Source: Candidatus Hadarchaeota archaeon
GTDB taxonomy: Archaea > CAYQAE01 > CAYVLA01
DNA: 32,000 bases
Direction of reading: 5' to 3'
NCBI GenBank assembly: GCA_964621445.1
Contig: CAZUNO010000008.1
Location: 19,234-51,233 of the forward strand
The notes beneath the pieces were generated by a model, which saw only the letters and a list, made by a program, of their open reading frames with translations, was not told the origin of the DNA and made no database searches. This document shows positions 7,285 to 15,652 of the stretch, piece by piece (position 1 is the stretch's first letter; every line of letters starts with the position of its first letter). A program made the position numbers and the translations under genes.

Positions 7285-9234
7285 TTGCCCAGGGTGAGAG
7301 AAACCGGAAAGTCGGAGTCCAAGTCGAAAGAACCCGCCGAGACACGGCAGGAGATAGAGGTTGTACAGGAGATTAAGGACGACTATTCCGATATTAGTTC
7401 AACGGCCGAGGTCGAGGTACCGGATAGAATCATAGACCAGGTTATTGGTCAGGATTCGGCGGTCGAGGTCATCAAGACCGCAGCTAGACAGAAGAGAAAC
7501 GTCATGCTGATAGGAGACCCGGGGACCGGCAAGTCGATGTTGGGAAAGGCCATGGCCGAGCTCCTTCCAAACGAGGAGTTGGAGGACGTTGTTGTTTTCC
7601 CAAATCCCGATGACGAGAACAATCCCAGGGTCAGGGTTTTCCCGGCCGGTGAGGGAAAGAAGCTCGCCGACAGCTACAAGCAAAAGGCGAAAAAGGACGC
7701 CGAACTGAAGAACATGATTGTGCTCATCGTGCTGGTGGTTATAGTCGCGGTAGCCATAATACAGGGAGCCTTTCTTTCCGGGATAATTGCTGCCGTTCTG
7801 GTGCTTATCCTTTCACAGAGCATTAGACGTAAGGAGGCCCTGGTGCCAAAACTTCTTGTGAATAATGATGAAAAGGAATCCGCTCCCTTCATAGATGCGA
7901 CCGGTGCTCATGCTGGTGCGCTACTGGGGGATGTCAGGCATGATCCTTTCCAGAGCGGCGGACTGGGCACCCCTCCACATGAGAGGGTGGAGTGTGGGAT
8001 GATCCATAGGTCGCATAAGGGCGTCCTCTTCGTGGATGAAGTGGCTATTCTGGATCCCAAGAGCCAACAGCAGCTTCTGACCTCAATGCAGGAAAAGGAG
8101 TTCCAGATAACGGGGCAGAGCGAGCTGAGCAGCGGGGCCATGGTCAGAACGGAAGCGGTTCCCTGCGATTACGTGTTGGTTGCAGCAGGGAACGTTCATA
8201 CCATAGAGGACATGCACCCGGCCCTTAGATCCAGAATACGAGGGTACGGGTACGAGGTATACATGGAACACACGATGGAGATCAAACCGGAGAATACCAA
8301 CAAGCTAATCCGTTTCATAGCTCAGGAGGTATCCAAGGACAACAAGATACCCCATTTCAACCGTAAGGCCATAGACGAGATAATCATGGAGGCTAAGCGA
8401 CGTTCTTCCAGAAAGGACCACTACACCTTGATGTTGAGGGACCTAGGCGGCCTGGTCAGGGCGGCAGGTGATATAGCCCTTAAGTTGGGCGCTGAGGAGA
8501 CGGACTCAAATCACGTTTCAATGGCCCGGAAGCTGTCAAAGACCCTGGAAGAACAGATAGCAGACCGATATATCGCAAACAAGAAGGATTACGAGGTCGT
8601 GCGGACTGAGGGGGAGAAGATCGGTCAGGTAAATGGCCTCGCCGTTATGGGCAACAGCGGCATCATAACTGCCATTGCCGCGGAGGCCACCAAGCCCCTT
8701 AGCAAGCAGAGCGGATCAATCATCGCAACTGGCAAGCTGGGGGAAATTGCCAAGGAGGCCGTCCAAAACGTGAGTGCAATCGTCAAGAAGTTTGCCCAAA
8801 AGGACCTCACGGAATTTGACCTTCACATACAGTTCCTCCAGGCATACTCGGGCGTAGAGGGGGACAGCGCATCAATTTCGGTTGCCACTGCGGTCATATC
8901 CGCAATCGAGCGCATACCGGTGGATCAAGAGGTGGCCATGACCGGCTCCCTATCGGTGAGGGGAGAGGTAATGCCAGTTGGAGGTGTGTGCCAAAAGATT
9001 GAGGCTGCCATAGAGGCCGGTATAAAGAAGGCCATAATTCCAGCTGCAAATCTGGGCGATGTAACTCTCGAGGAAAGCAAGAAAGACAAGATCGAGATAA
9101 TTCCAGTCCGGACCATAAACGAGGTGCTGGAGCACTCACTGACCGGGGAAAAGAAGGAGGGATTGCTGGAGAAGATCCGGGGCCTCTTACCCGATTTCTC
9201 CATCGATGTCCAGCCAACTGCATCCGCTCGTTAG
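7285..9234 (+). CDS. lonB: Archaeal membrane-bound ATP-dependent Lon protease (LonB)
   Basis: IDQVIGQDSAVEVIKTAARQKRNVMLIGDPGTGKSMLGKAMAELLP is the AAA+ Walker A region. A hydrophobic insertion (MIVLIVLVVIVAVAIIQGAFLSGIIAAVLVLIL) lies inside the ATPase domain. The C-terminal protease has EGDSASIS (catalytic Ser) and KIEAA (Lys). The start is TTG 7285 or GTG 7294; an in-frame stop sits at 7249-7251. Confidence 0.9.
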   Translation: MPRVRETGKSESKSKEPAETRQEIEVVQEIKDDYSDISSTAEVEVPDRIIDQVIGQDSAVEVIKTAARQKRNVMLIGDPGTGKSMLGKAMAELLPNEELEDVVVFPNPDDENNPRVRVFPAGEGKKLADSYKQKAKKDAELKNMIVLIVLVVIVAVAIIQGAFLSGIIAAVLVLILSQSIRRKEALVPKLLVNNDEKESAPFIDATGAHAGALLGDVRHDPFQSGGLGTPPHERVECGMIHRSHKGVLFVDEVAILDPKSQQQLLTSMQEKEFQITGQSELSSGAMVRTEAVPCDYVLVAAGNVHTIEDMHPALRSRIRGYGYEVYMEHTMEIKPENTNKLIRFIAQEVSKDNKIPHFNRKAIDEIIMEAKRRSSRKDHYTLMLRDLGGLVRAAGDIALKLGAEETDSNHVSMARKLSKTLEEQIADRYIANKKDYEVVRTEGEKIGQVNGLAVMGNSGIITAIAAEATKPLSKQSGSIIATGKLGEIAKEAVQNVSAIVKKFAQKDLTEFDLHIQFLQAYSGVEGDSASISVATAVISAIERIPVDQEVAMTGSLSVRGEVMPVGGVCQKIEAAIEAGIKKAIIPAANLGDVTLEESKKDKIEIIPVRTINEVLEHSLTGEKKEGLLEKIRGLLPDFSIDVQPTASAR

Positions 9235-9261
9235 AAATCCATCGGCATCTTCGTACGAGAC

Positions 9262-9269
9262 ATTTATAA
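9262..9269 (+). promoter_or_regulatory. TATA-like box ATTTATAA upstream of the 9304 lipobox-protein gene
   Basis: It lies about 35 nt upstream of the TTG start, with GGAGG at 9296-9300 in between. Confidence 0.35.
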
Positions 9270-9303
9270 GATTTCTGAAATTGTTATTAACGACTGGAGG
9301 AAG

Positions 9304-9783
9304 TTGTTTTTGCTCTCTAGAGATTATGCTGCTTTGTTCTTGCTTTCAATTCTGGGTGCGGTAATTCTTTCCGGCTGCATCTTTCCGGATGAGGATGTTA
9401 CCATTGACATATACGGTCCGGACCAGATAGCTCCTAACGTTACCAAGCCCAATGGTATCAGGATTAGAATCAATAACGATGTCGACGAGGACATTGAAAA
9501 CATGTCGGTTAAGATGGTGGTCCCCGAGAGAATTCGTTTCACCGGTAACGTGGGCGGAAGGCCTCTGAAACTGGAGAAGGGCCTTGACTGGACCTATAGC
9601 TTCACCACCAGCATTGGAGCTGGGGATATCAGAGAGTTTTCATTTACCTACAAGCCCGAGATCTATGATGAGCAACTGGATGCCCAGGGTGAGTTTGCCT
9701 TTTCCATAGGGATTAGTGTAAGCGATAGCCAAGGAAGGTCTCTGGGAAACGCAAGCACAACCTGGCGTGTAGTGAAGCCCTAA
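9304..9783 (+). CDS. Hypothetical secreted/lipobox protein, beta-sandwich-like
   Basis: N-terminal signal with AVILSGC (lipobox-like Cys), then a beta-rich Asn/Asp/Ser domain. GGAGG lies 4-8 nt upstream of TTG 9304. No family recognised. Confidence 0.5.
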   Translation: MFLLSRDYAALFLLSILGAVILSGCIFPDEDVTIDIYGPDQIAPNVTKPNGIRIRINNDVDEDIENMSVKMVVPERIRFTGNVGGRPLKLEKGLDWTYSFTTSIGAGDIREFSFTYKPEIYDEQLDAQGEFAFSIGISVSDSQGRSLGNASTTWRVVKP

Positions 9784-9859
9784 TCCGGAGAATCGCGCAA
9801 ATAAGGTTCCCTACAACAAATTATTAAAAGACATAGTGTAGACTTGATCAGGTGACGAA

Positions 9860-10537
9860 ATGGGAACTGAGCGCTTCTACCCGCTATTGAAGGTGAAAGA
9901 GGGCCAGGAAACGGTTGATGATTTCCGGCGTCATATCGAACTAATCTGTCAATGTGTAGAGGGCGTTAAAAACAATATCGAAGCGCTCTGCAATGGCGAG
10001 AAAGAGGAGATCGAGAAGACATCGGCCAGCGTTTTTACCAGCGAGCGTAAGGCAGATGTGATAGCCAGGGACATGATGAAGAAGCTCTCGGTGGGGGAGC
10101 TCAGGCCCAAGTTCAGAGAGGACCTGTTGAGGATCCTGTTCAATCTGGAACAGATCGGCAGGTTTGCCGAGGAATGCGCCTTCGAGACCAAGATCGTTGA
10201 CGTTAGTTTCCTGGACCAGGAGTCAAAAGACCTGCTAAAGGAGATGGGGAACAACTCCTATAAGACGGTGAAGGAGCTTTCCAAAGCCATCAGAGAGCTG
10301 ACCTATGATCTGGACCTGGTGGTGGAGTATGGAAACAAGGTATCGGAGTTCGAGGAAAGGGGCGATGATTTCAGAAGGAAGCTGATGACCAGGATAAGCG
10401 AAAAGGGAGATAAGATAGACACGAACACCGCCAACTTTTTCTCGACCAACCGTTTGATAGAGTCCCTGGAGGAGGTCGCCGACAGGGCGGAGGACACGGC
10501 CGACCAGATAAGGGTCTTGGCCATATCCTATATTTAG
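9860..10537 (+). CDS. DUF47/PhoU_div-family protein (TIGR00153-like, PhoU-related four-helix repeats)
   Basis: Two repeats of the E..aD motif pattern: SERKADVIARDM / REDLLRILFNLEQIGRFAEE and FEERGDDFRRKL / LIESLEEVADRAEDTADQI. About 225 aa, as in DUF47 proteins. No adjacent PiT transporter. Confidence 0.6.
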   Translation: MGTERFYPLLKVKEGQETVDDFRRHIELICQCVEGVKNNIEALCNGEKEEIEKTSASVFTSERKADVIARDMMKKLSVGELRPKFREDLLRILFNLEQIGRFAEECAFETKIVDVSFLDQESKDLLKEMGNNSYKTVKELSKAIRELTYDLDLVVEYGNKVSEFEERGDDFRRKLMTRISEKGDKIDTNTANFFSTNRLIESLEEVADRAEDTADQIRVLAISYI

Positions 10538-10542
10538 CCCAT

Positions 10543-11910
10543 TTACCAGTAAACCTTGTAATTTCCCTCGTGGTGACGTACTATCCTGGACTGGGTATTG
10601 GATTCCTCTTCATTTTCCGATGAGTCGGCCCGGGGATATCTTTTCTGTAGGTAGCCCATTATACGGGGGTAGGGAACCTTGTAGGATGAGCCCTGTTTGC
10701 TGTAGGTGAAGATGGGGAATTCAGTCATGGATTCAAAATCCTCTTTCTGCTTCCCATCAACGATCAGTATGAGGTTTTCGAGTTTCGATTCCTCTAGATC
10801 CTGGAGTTGCCTATCCTTTATCTCACCATATTCGGATTTCCAGTAGCCAATGAGGTGTATGGGGATCTCCAACTCCCCTCTGCAGAGCGAGAGGTCGGGA
10901 ATGAAAGCCGAGTCGCCGTAGGTAAATATCTCCGGCTCGCAATCGATGTGCCAACCATCCATCTTTAACGCCTTGAGGGTGCTGACAAGCTTGGCCTCTA
11001 TCTTTCCATCTACGAGCTTGAGCCTTAGATCTTCCGGCTCTGGATGGTCCACCCTGGGGGTCTCCGATATCTGGAACTCGAATTTCACCTTTCTTTTTGA
11101 CTTCTTGAAGTTGATGGACAGTTGACAATCGAAGTCCCTCTTCTCGGATAATCGGTATAGACTACAGACCAGGGAGGACATTCTGTATCCAAATTTTGAG
11201 GATTTCTTGTCGAAGAGCTCGAGCGGTCCCGGGACTAGAAATTCAAACCCGTCCTCCCCCGATCCGGTTTCATGGATCAGGCCGTAGAACTTCACGTTCC
11301 TATATATGAACCTGGCCGATGAGGGCCGTTTTACGGGTCCCAGTTGGAGTGAGAAGGAGTTGGCCAGTATATTTGATAGCATCTCGAAGTTATAGGAGGA
11401 ACCCAGATCCTCGGGGGGGTCCCCGACTCTCTCCAGTATCCTGTTGTCCTTTTCGTCCATCCAAAGAGCCTGATCCAGCTCACGATCATCCACTTCAATC
11501 TTGTTCGCGAATTGGTGGATAAGATCCTCCCTGGCCTCTGAACTCATGAACCCCGAATGATCGTGGGATAGGAATTTGAAGAACCTCAGTCTGAGGTCGG
11601 TGCAGTTGGAGATGCCCATCTTGGAGAGTCTCTGCATGCTTTTCTCGTCGAAAAGATCTGTTAGTCCCTTCCGGTTGAAGCTGTAGTATCTACCGAGTAC
11701 CAGCTTGGCGGCGTCAGATGTCTTGGATCTCGAAAAGCACTCGTCGATTTCACTTTCGTCGAAATTCTTTTCCTTGCTTCCCAGGTTCTTCTCGTATATC
11801 TCCCTGGCCTTCTGTAACTCGGATTCCAGTTCCGCGCTCGCGAACTTTGGATAGGCCTTTCCCTTCCGGATGGTTATCTTGAAGCTGTTGAGAGAGACCA
11901 TCCTATTCAC
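10543..11910 (-). CDS. bax1: DUF790 / Bax1-like endonuclease (normally the XPB-associated nuclease)
   Basis: The N-terminus LNSFKITIRKGKAYPKFAS...AREIYEKNLGSKEKNF and the C-terminus AFIPDLSL...IHLIGYWKSEYGEIKDRQL resemble the DUF790 pattern (..iPDF...EivGFWTpeYl..K) as I remember it. About 455 aa. The start is GTG 11910 (overlapping the flpA stop) or ATG 11901. Confidence 0.6.
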   Translation of the reverse strand: MNRMVSLNSFKITIRKGKAYPKFASAELESELQKAREIYEKNLGSKEKNFDESEIDECFSRSKTSDAAKLVLGRYYSFNRKGLTDLFDEKSMQRLSKMGISNCTDLRLRFFKFLSHDHSGFMSSEAREDLIHQFANKIEVDDRELDQALWMDEKDNRILERVGDPPEDLGSSYNFEMLSNILANSFSLQLGPVKRPSSARFIYRNVKFYGLIHETGSGEDGFEFLVPGPLELFDKKSSKFGYRMSSLVCSLYRLSEKRDFDCQLSINFKKSKRKVKFEFQISETPRVDHPEPEDLRLKLVDGKIEAKLVSTLKALKMDGWHIDCEPEIFTYGDSAFIPDLSLCRGELEIPIHLIGYWKSEYGEIKDRQLQDLEESKLENLILIVDGKQKEDFESMTEFPIFTYSKQGSSYKVPYPRIMGYLQKRYPRADSSENEEESNTQSRIVRHHEGNYKVYW

Positions 11911-12596
11911 TCATCTTTCATGCGGGCAACCACGGCGATGTGGTCCTTTACATAGGGATCCAGTTCGACTGTCTCCTCGATGTCCATGCCGCACTTCCTC
12001 AAAGAGGAGATCTCCTTTTCATAGATCTCCCGGGGTTTCCGAGAGACATCGATGCTCCGTGATTTGATCATGAGTATACCGGAACCCCCTGGCCCTAGGA
12101 AACCCTTGGCATTGGCGCAGAAGATACGGCTTTGCTCGGGCTGGGCTACATCCTGGTAAAGTAGATCCACCTCGGAAAGGAGATGGGAGTAGGATGCCGG
12201 CTCCCTGGCATCGGACAGTATTGGAACCATGTTCTCTCTCCTCTTGGAGGTTCTCAGTAGATCTCTCATTGGTCTGGGGGCAAATTCGACGCAGAAGATA
12301 GCGCCATCGTCTCCAACGATATCCGAGATATAGGACGCGGTGGTGCCAGAGGCCGCACCCAGGTACAGAACCCGGGATCCTTCCCGGAGGTCAAGCTTCC
12401 CCAAGCCGGACAATATGGCTGCCGATAGCTTGCTATCATAGGGGGACCAGGGCCTGTACCTCACTCCATCAATCTTGGTGATGGGCTCGTCGGGGGTGCC
12501 TCCCTCGGATTTGAGCTCCCTGGTGGCAAGACGGGATTCCCCGTCGCTCACGATTCTGTATACGCCTTCGAATTCCGTATTTTCAATTGTAGTCAA
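11907..12596 (-). CDS. flpA: Fibrillarin-like rRNA/tRNA 2'-O-methyltransferase
   Basis: YRPWSPYDSKLSAAIL, then VLYLGAASGTTASYISDIVG (SAM-binding motif), CVEFAPRPMRDLL and DVAQPEQ. 229 aa. Confidence 0.92.
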   Translation of the reverse strand: MTTIENTEFEGVYRIVSDGESRLATRELKSEGGTPDEPITKIDGVRYRPWSPYDSKLSAAILSGLGKLDLREGSRVLYLGAASGTTASYISDIVGDDGAIFCVEFAPRPMRDLLRTSKRRENMVPILSDAREPASYSHLLSEVDLLYQDVAQPEQSRIFCANAKGFLGPGGSGILMIKSRSIDVSRKPREIYEKEISSLRKCGMDIEETVELDPYVKDHIAVVARMKDE

Positions 12597-12599
12597 TCA

Positions 12600-13202
12600 T
12601 CAATCCATCCTTAAGATCTTTCCCTCCGCCTCCTCCTCGCCGAAGACGAATCCCTCGAACCTCTGGATCTCGGTTTCCTCATCTATCCAGGCTGTCGGTG
12701 GAAGCCCGGCTTTGTGACAGGTGTGGGACAGGAATTCCTCCTCATCCCAGCCCTGCTCAACGGCGACCTGAGGAAGCAATAGACCCTGATACCAGCCTTT
12801 TTTCACGATCAATCCGTGCTTCCCTATTTCAATTTCCTGGGGGTATTCGGAGGGCTTTGCGACCTTCAGCTCCTCTGGAGGGGTGAGCACGGTGACCTCG
12901 AGGATTATCCCATCGATTTCGTCCTCCTTGACTGGCGGAAAACGAGGGTCATTTGAGCATGCGGATATGGCCGAGTCAATTAGGGCCTCGATGAGAGGAG
13001 ATCCGGGGTACGGATGCCCGATACACCCTTTGAGTTCATCTCCGGGATGGGATTTTATGGTTACGAAGACGCCGGCCTTCTCCCTAAGTTGATCCGGGGT
13101 TTCTTCCGGGGGCGGTATCGTTGAACGGTGGCTTATATGTTCGGTTATGGCATCCCTGGCCGTTTTCACCAGGAAACGCCCCTGCTCCATGTCTATCTCC
13201 AT
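12600..13202 (-). CDS. AMMECR1-domain protein
   Basis: KAGVFVTIKSH...LKGCIGHPYPGSPLIEALIDSAISACSNDPRFPPV and GLLLPQVAVEQGWDEEEFL are hallmark AMMECR1 motifs. Confidence 0.85.
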   Translation of the reverse strand: MEIDMEQGRFLVKTARDAITEHISHRSTIPPPEETPDQLREKAGVFVTIKSHPGDELKGCIGHPYPGSPLIEALIDSAISACSNDPRFPPVKEDEIDGIILEVTVLTPPEELKVAKPSEYPQEIEIGKHGLIVKKGWYQGLLLPQVAVEQGWDEEEFLSHTCHKAGLPPTAWIDEETEIQRFEGFVFGEEEAEGKILRMD

Positions 13203-13691
13203 TTAATCAGGTTCCGTTTCAAACTCGGTTTTGATGGCATTAATCTTTTTCTCAATATCCTCCCAGTGACGGCCCATCCAATATACCTTCTGGCATTCAG
13301 TGCATTCCCAGAAGCGAGAGTGGTACTCAAGTACCTTGGGGGGAATCCGGTCCTGGAGCTCTTCGGTGCCTTTCTCGGCCAGAGTGCCGTTGCATACCGG
13401 GCACCTGCTGTTTTTGGGGTCGAGTTCGATGCTGTCAAGTCCAAGACTTCTGTAGAGTTCTATTATCTGGTCTTGAACATCCATCTGGCCGATGTAGATC
13501 GCCGGTATGCCCCTTGCCTTTGCCTGGTCTATCAGTTTCTGGTCCCTGGAAAGTATGGTCCTTGATGTATCCTTGGCAATGTTGAGTATTTCCCGGTCCT
13601 CAACTACGCCCGAAAGGGCGTCGAAACCAAGTATCCGGAGCCATCTAGATAGTTTCCCGAGCATCAAATCGATGATAAATCGCATCGCCAT
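13203..13691 (-). CDS. Mut7-C/DUF82 protein (PIN-like RNase domain plus C-terminal zinc ribbon)
   Basis: FIIDLMLGKLSRWLRILGFD at the N-terminus. RCPVCNGTL...FWECTECQKVYWMGRHW at the C-terminus. The stop abuts the AMMECR1 start (TAAATG). Confidence 0.75.
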   Translation of the reverse strand: MAMRFIIDLMLGKLSRWLRILGFDALSGVVEDREILNIAKDTSRTILSRDQKLIDQAKARGIPAIYIGQMDVQDQIIELYRSLGLDSIELDPKNSRCPVCNGTLAEKGTEELQDRIPPKVLEYHSRFWECTECQKVYWMGRHWEDIEKKINAIKTEFETEPD

Positions 13692-13697
13692 CAGGCT

Positions 13698-15002
13698 TCA
13701 AGGAACGAGTCGGAGACGGTCCCGGGGAAAGAGGCATACCTCCCTTATATTCGTCTTTCCGGTCAAGGCCATCAAGAGTCTTTCAACCCCTATGGCCCAT
13801 CCCGCGTGGGGAGGCATGCCGTACCTGAAGGCCTGCAGGTGGTAGTTAAAGTCATGGGGGTTCAGTCCCCTCTCTTCGAGCCGCTTTTTCAGGAGATCCA
13901 TATCGTGCACCCGCTTCCCTCCCGAGGCCAGCTCCAGGTAGCCCCACATCATGTCAAATCCCTCCGAAAGGCCTTTGCCCTTGGGCTGTATATAGAAGGG
14001 CTTTATCTCGTGTGGCCAGTCCACTATGAAGAAGGGCGCTTCAATCTCAGATCCGATCCTGCGGCTCGCCTTTGACCCGATATCATCTCCCCATTCAAGT
14101 TCTCCCTGATTCCTATTTGCGATTTCCAGGGCCTCTGAGTAGGTCAGTACGGGCAGAGGCAACTCTATTGGCTCGAGATCAGCTCCTATGGCCTCCAGGA
14201 GCTCCTGGTCATTGTTCAGGATTTCATCGGTTACCCTCTTGAGCAGGCCCTCCGCGATATCCATCACATCCTTACAGGAGGCGAAGGCGTGCTCGATATC
14301 GATGGACATGGATTCGTTCAGGTGCCTGTTGGTATTGTGGCTTTCGGCCCTGAAAATTGGAGTTATCTCCCATACTTTCTCGAAAATCGGGACCAGTTCC
14401 TCCTTGTAGAGCTGCGGGCTCTGTGCCAGAAATGCCTCCCTCTCGAAGTAGGCTATAGGGAATAGCTCGGTTCCGCCCTCTGAGGCGGAGGCTATTATAT
14501 TGGGGGTGTTTATCTCCGTGAACCCCTGTTCATCGAAAAAGCGGCGGACGTATTTGACCGTCTGGGACCTCAACTGGAAGATGGCCCTTGTGCCTGGCCT
14601 CCGCAGATCTATGGTCCGGTTGTCCAGACGGGTGTCCAGGTTTGCATCTACCTTCTCGGTAACGTCAAGGGGAAGGGGTGTCTCCGCTTCGGATATCACC
14701 GAGATCTTCGAGGGCACTACCTCTATTCCACCCGGCGCTTGGTCCATGGCCTTTACACTTCCCTCAATATCCACAACGGACTCCAGGGAAATTGAGTCCA
14801 TGCTTTCAAAAACCTCTGGGGGTGACTTGGCCTTGACGGCGGTTACCTGAAACAAGCCGTCCTTGTCCCTAACCTGGATGAATCTTATGCCGCCAAGATC
14901 TCTCTTGGTGTGCAGCCAACCTTTAACCCTGACCTCCTGGCCAACCTGATCTTTTAGACTAGATGAGTATACTCTGTTTATGGTCTCTCCCAAGATTAAC
15001 AC
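13698..15002 (-). CDS. aspS: Aspartyl-tRNA synthetase, archaeal type
   Basis: VRVKGWLHTKRDLGGIRFIQVRDKDG is the OB anticodon-binding domain. LAQSPQLYKE, FRAESHNTNRHLNE (motif 2) and GGKRVHD / GWAIGVERL (motif 3) follow. GTG start. Confidence 0.9.
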   Translation of the reverse strand: MLILGETINRVYSSSLKDQVGQEVRVKGWLHTKRDLGGIRFIQVRDKDGLFQVTAVKAKSPPEVFESMDSISLESVVDIEGSVKAMDQAPGGIEVVPSKISVISEAETPLPLDVTEKVDANLDTRLDNRTIDLRRPGTRAIFQLRSQTVKYVRRFFDEQGFTEINTPNIIASASEGGTELFPIAYFEREAFLAQSPQLYKEELVPIFEKVWEITPIFRAESHNTNRHLNESMSIDIEHAFASCKDVMDIAEGLLKRVTDEILNNDQELLEAIGADLEPIELPLPVLTYSEALEIANRNQGELEWGDDIGSKASRRIGSEIEAPFFIVDWPHEIKPFYIQPKGKGLSEGFDMMWGYLELASGGKRVHDMDLLKKRLEERGLNPHDFNYHLQAFRYGMPPHAGWAIGVERLLMALTGKTNIREVCLFPRDRLRLVP

Positions 15003-15012
15003 TCCTTGGGTT

Positions 15013-15519
15013 CTATTCGAATACTATATTGATCTCCTGTCCGGTGAGATCCTTTATCAGTTCCTGGAGCTGGTCAAGATCCAGCGACATCTTCTCCTTG
15101 TCCTCCTCGGCAACCCTTATCTTGTATTTCCTGGTACCATCCACGGAGTACACGGTATTGACCCCCAGGATGCGTGCGGGGCGTATCAGGTCATCGGCAA
15201 CCGCCCTGGGCTCGGCCATGCTCCCGAGAACCCTGACATCCATGTCGATGCGATCGGAGATCTCCTCCACTACCTCGCTGCCCTTTCCCATGAATGCCTG
15301 GACATCATCCTCGCCAACTACCATGATGGCCAGTCCATTGACCTCAAGGGACTTTTCGAAGGTTATGTCACGGAGACCCTTGTTCCTATCCATGGCCTTG
15401 TACAGGGTTCTGGCTATCTTGACATCTATCTCGCTTACTTCTCCTCTGTCCAGCTTTTTCTGGCAGCTGGGACAGAGTATGCCGCTTTTCATACAAACTT
15501 CGCATATCGGAGTTTTCAT
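15013..15519 (-). CDS. Zinc-ribbon plus NusA-like KH-domain RNA-binding protein
   Basis: N-terminal CEVCMKSGILCPSCQKK gives two CxxC pairs. LAIMVVGEDDVQAFMGKGSEVVEEIS and LIRPARILGVNTV resemble the archaeal NusA-type KH pattern. The family call is tentative. Confidence 0.5.
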   Translation of the reverse strand: MKTPICEVCMKSGILCPSCQKKLDRGEVSEIDVKIARTLYKAMDRNKGLRDITFEKSLEVNGLAIMVVGEDDVQAFMGKGSEVVEEISDRIDMDVRVLGSMAEPRAVADDLIRPARILGVNTVYSVDGTRKYKIRVAEEDKEKMSLDLDQLQELIKDLTGQEINIVFE

Positions 15520-15652
15520 ATCGCTTCTCCTTCTATTGCTTGATTATGGGGAGTTTAAGGACTGGAGGAGCTGGTAATACTTCCGATCGCTACTTTTAAG
15601 TATTTTCCAGTGAGTTAAAGGGCGTTGCAAGACTGCTTCCAGTGGTGTTTGG

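Noticed and set aside
12600-13202. An AmmeMemoRadiSam system (AMMECR1 plus Memo plus a radical-SAM activase).
   Set aside because: No Memo-like gene is present. The only radical-SAM gene is 9 kb away on the other strand and looks Tes-like, so AMMECR1 is stand-alone here.
14963-15577. Two overlapping + strand ORFs (204 aa and 187 aa) covering the whole Zn-ribbon/KH gene, giving three open frames over one locus.
   Set aside because: Their Ser/Leu-rich or irregular composition lacks motifs, and they lack plausible promoter or SD context. The minus-strand product has CxxC pairs and a KH/NusA-like pattern, and fits the operon spacing (10 nt to aspS).
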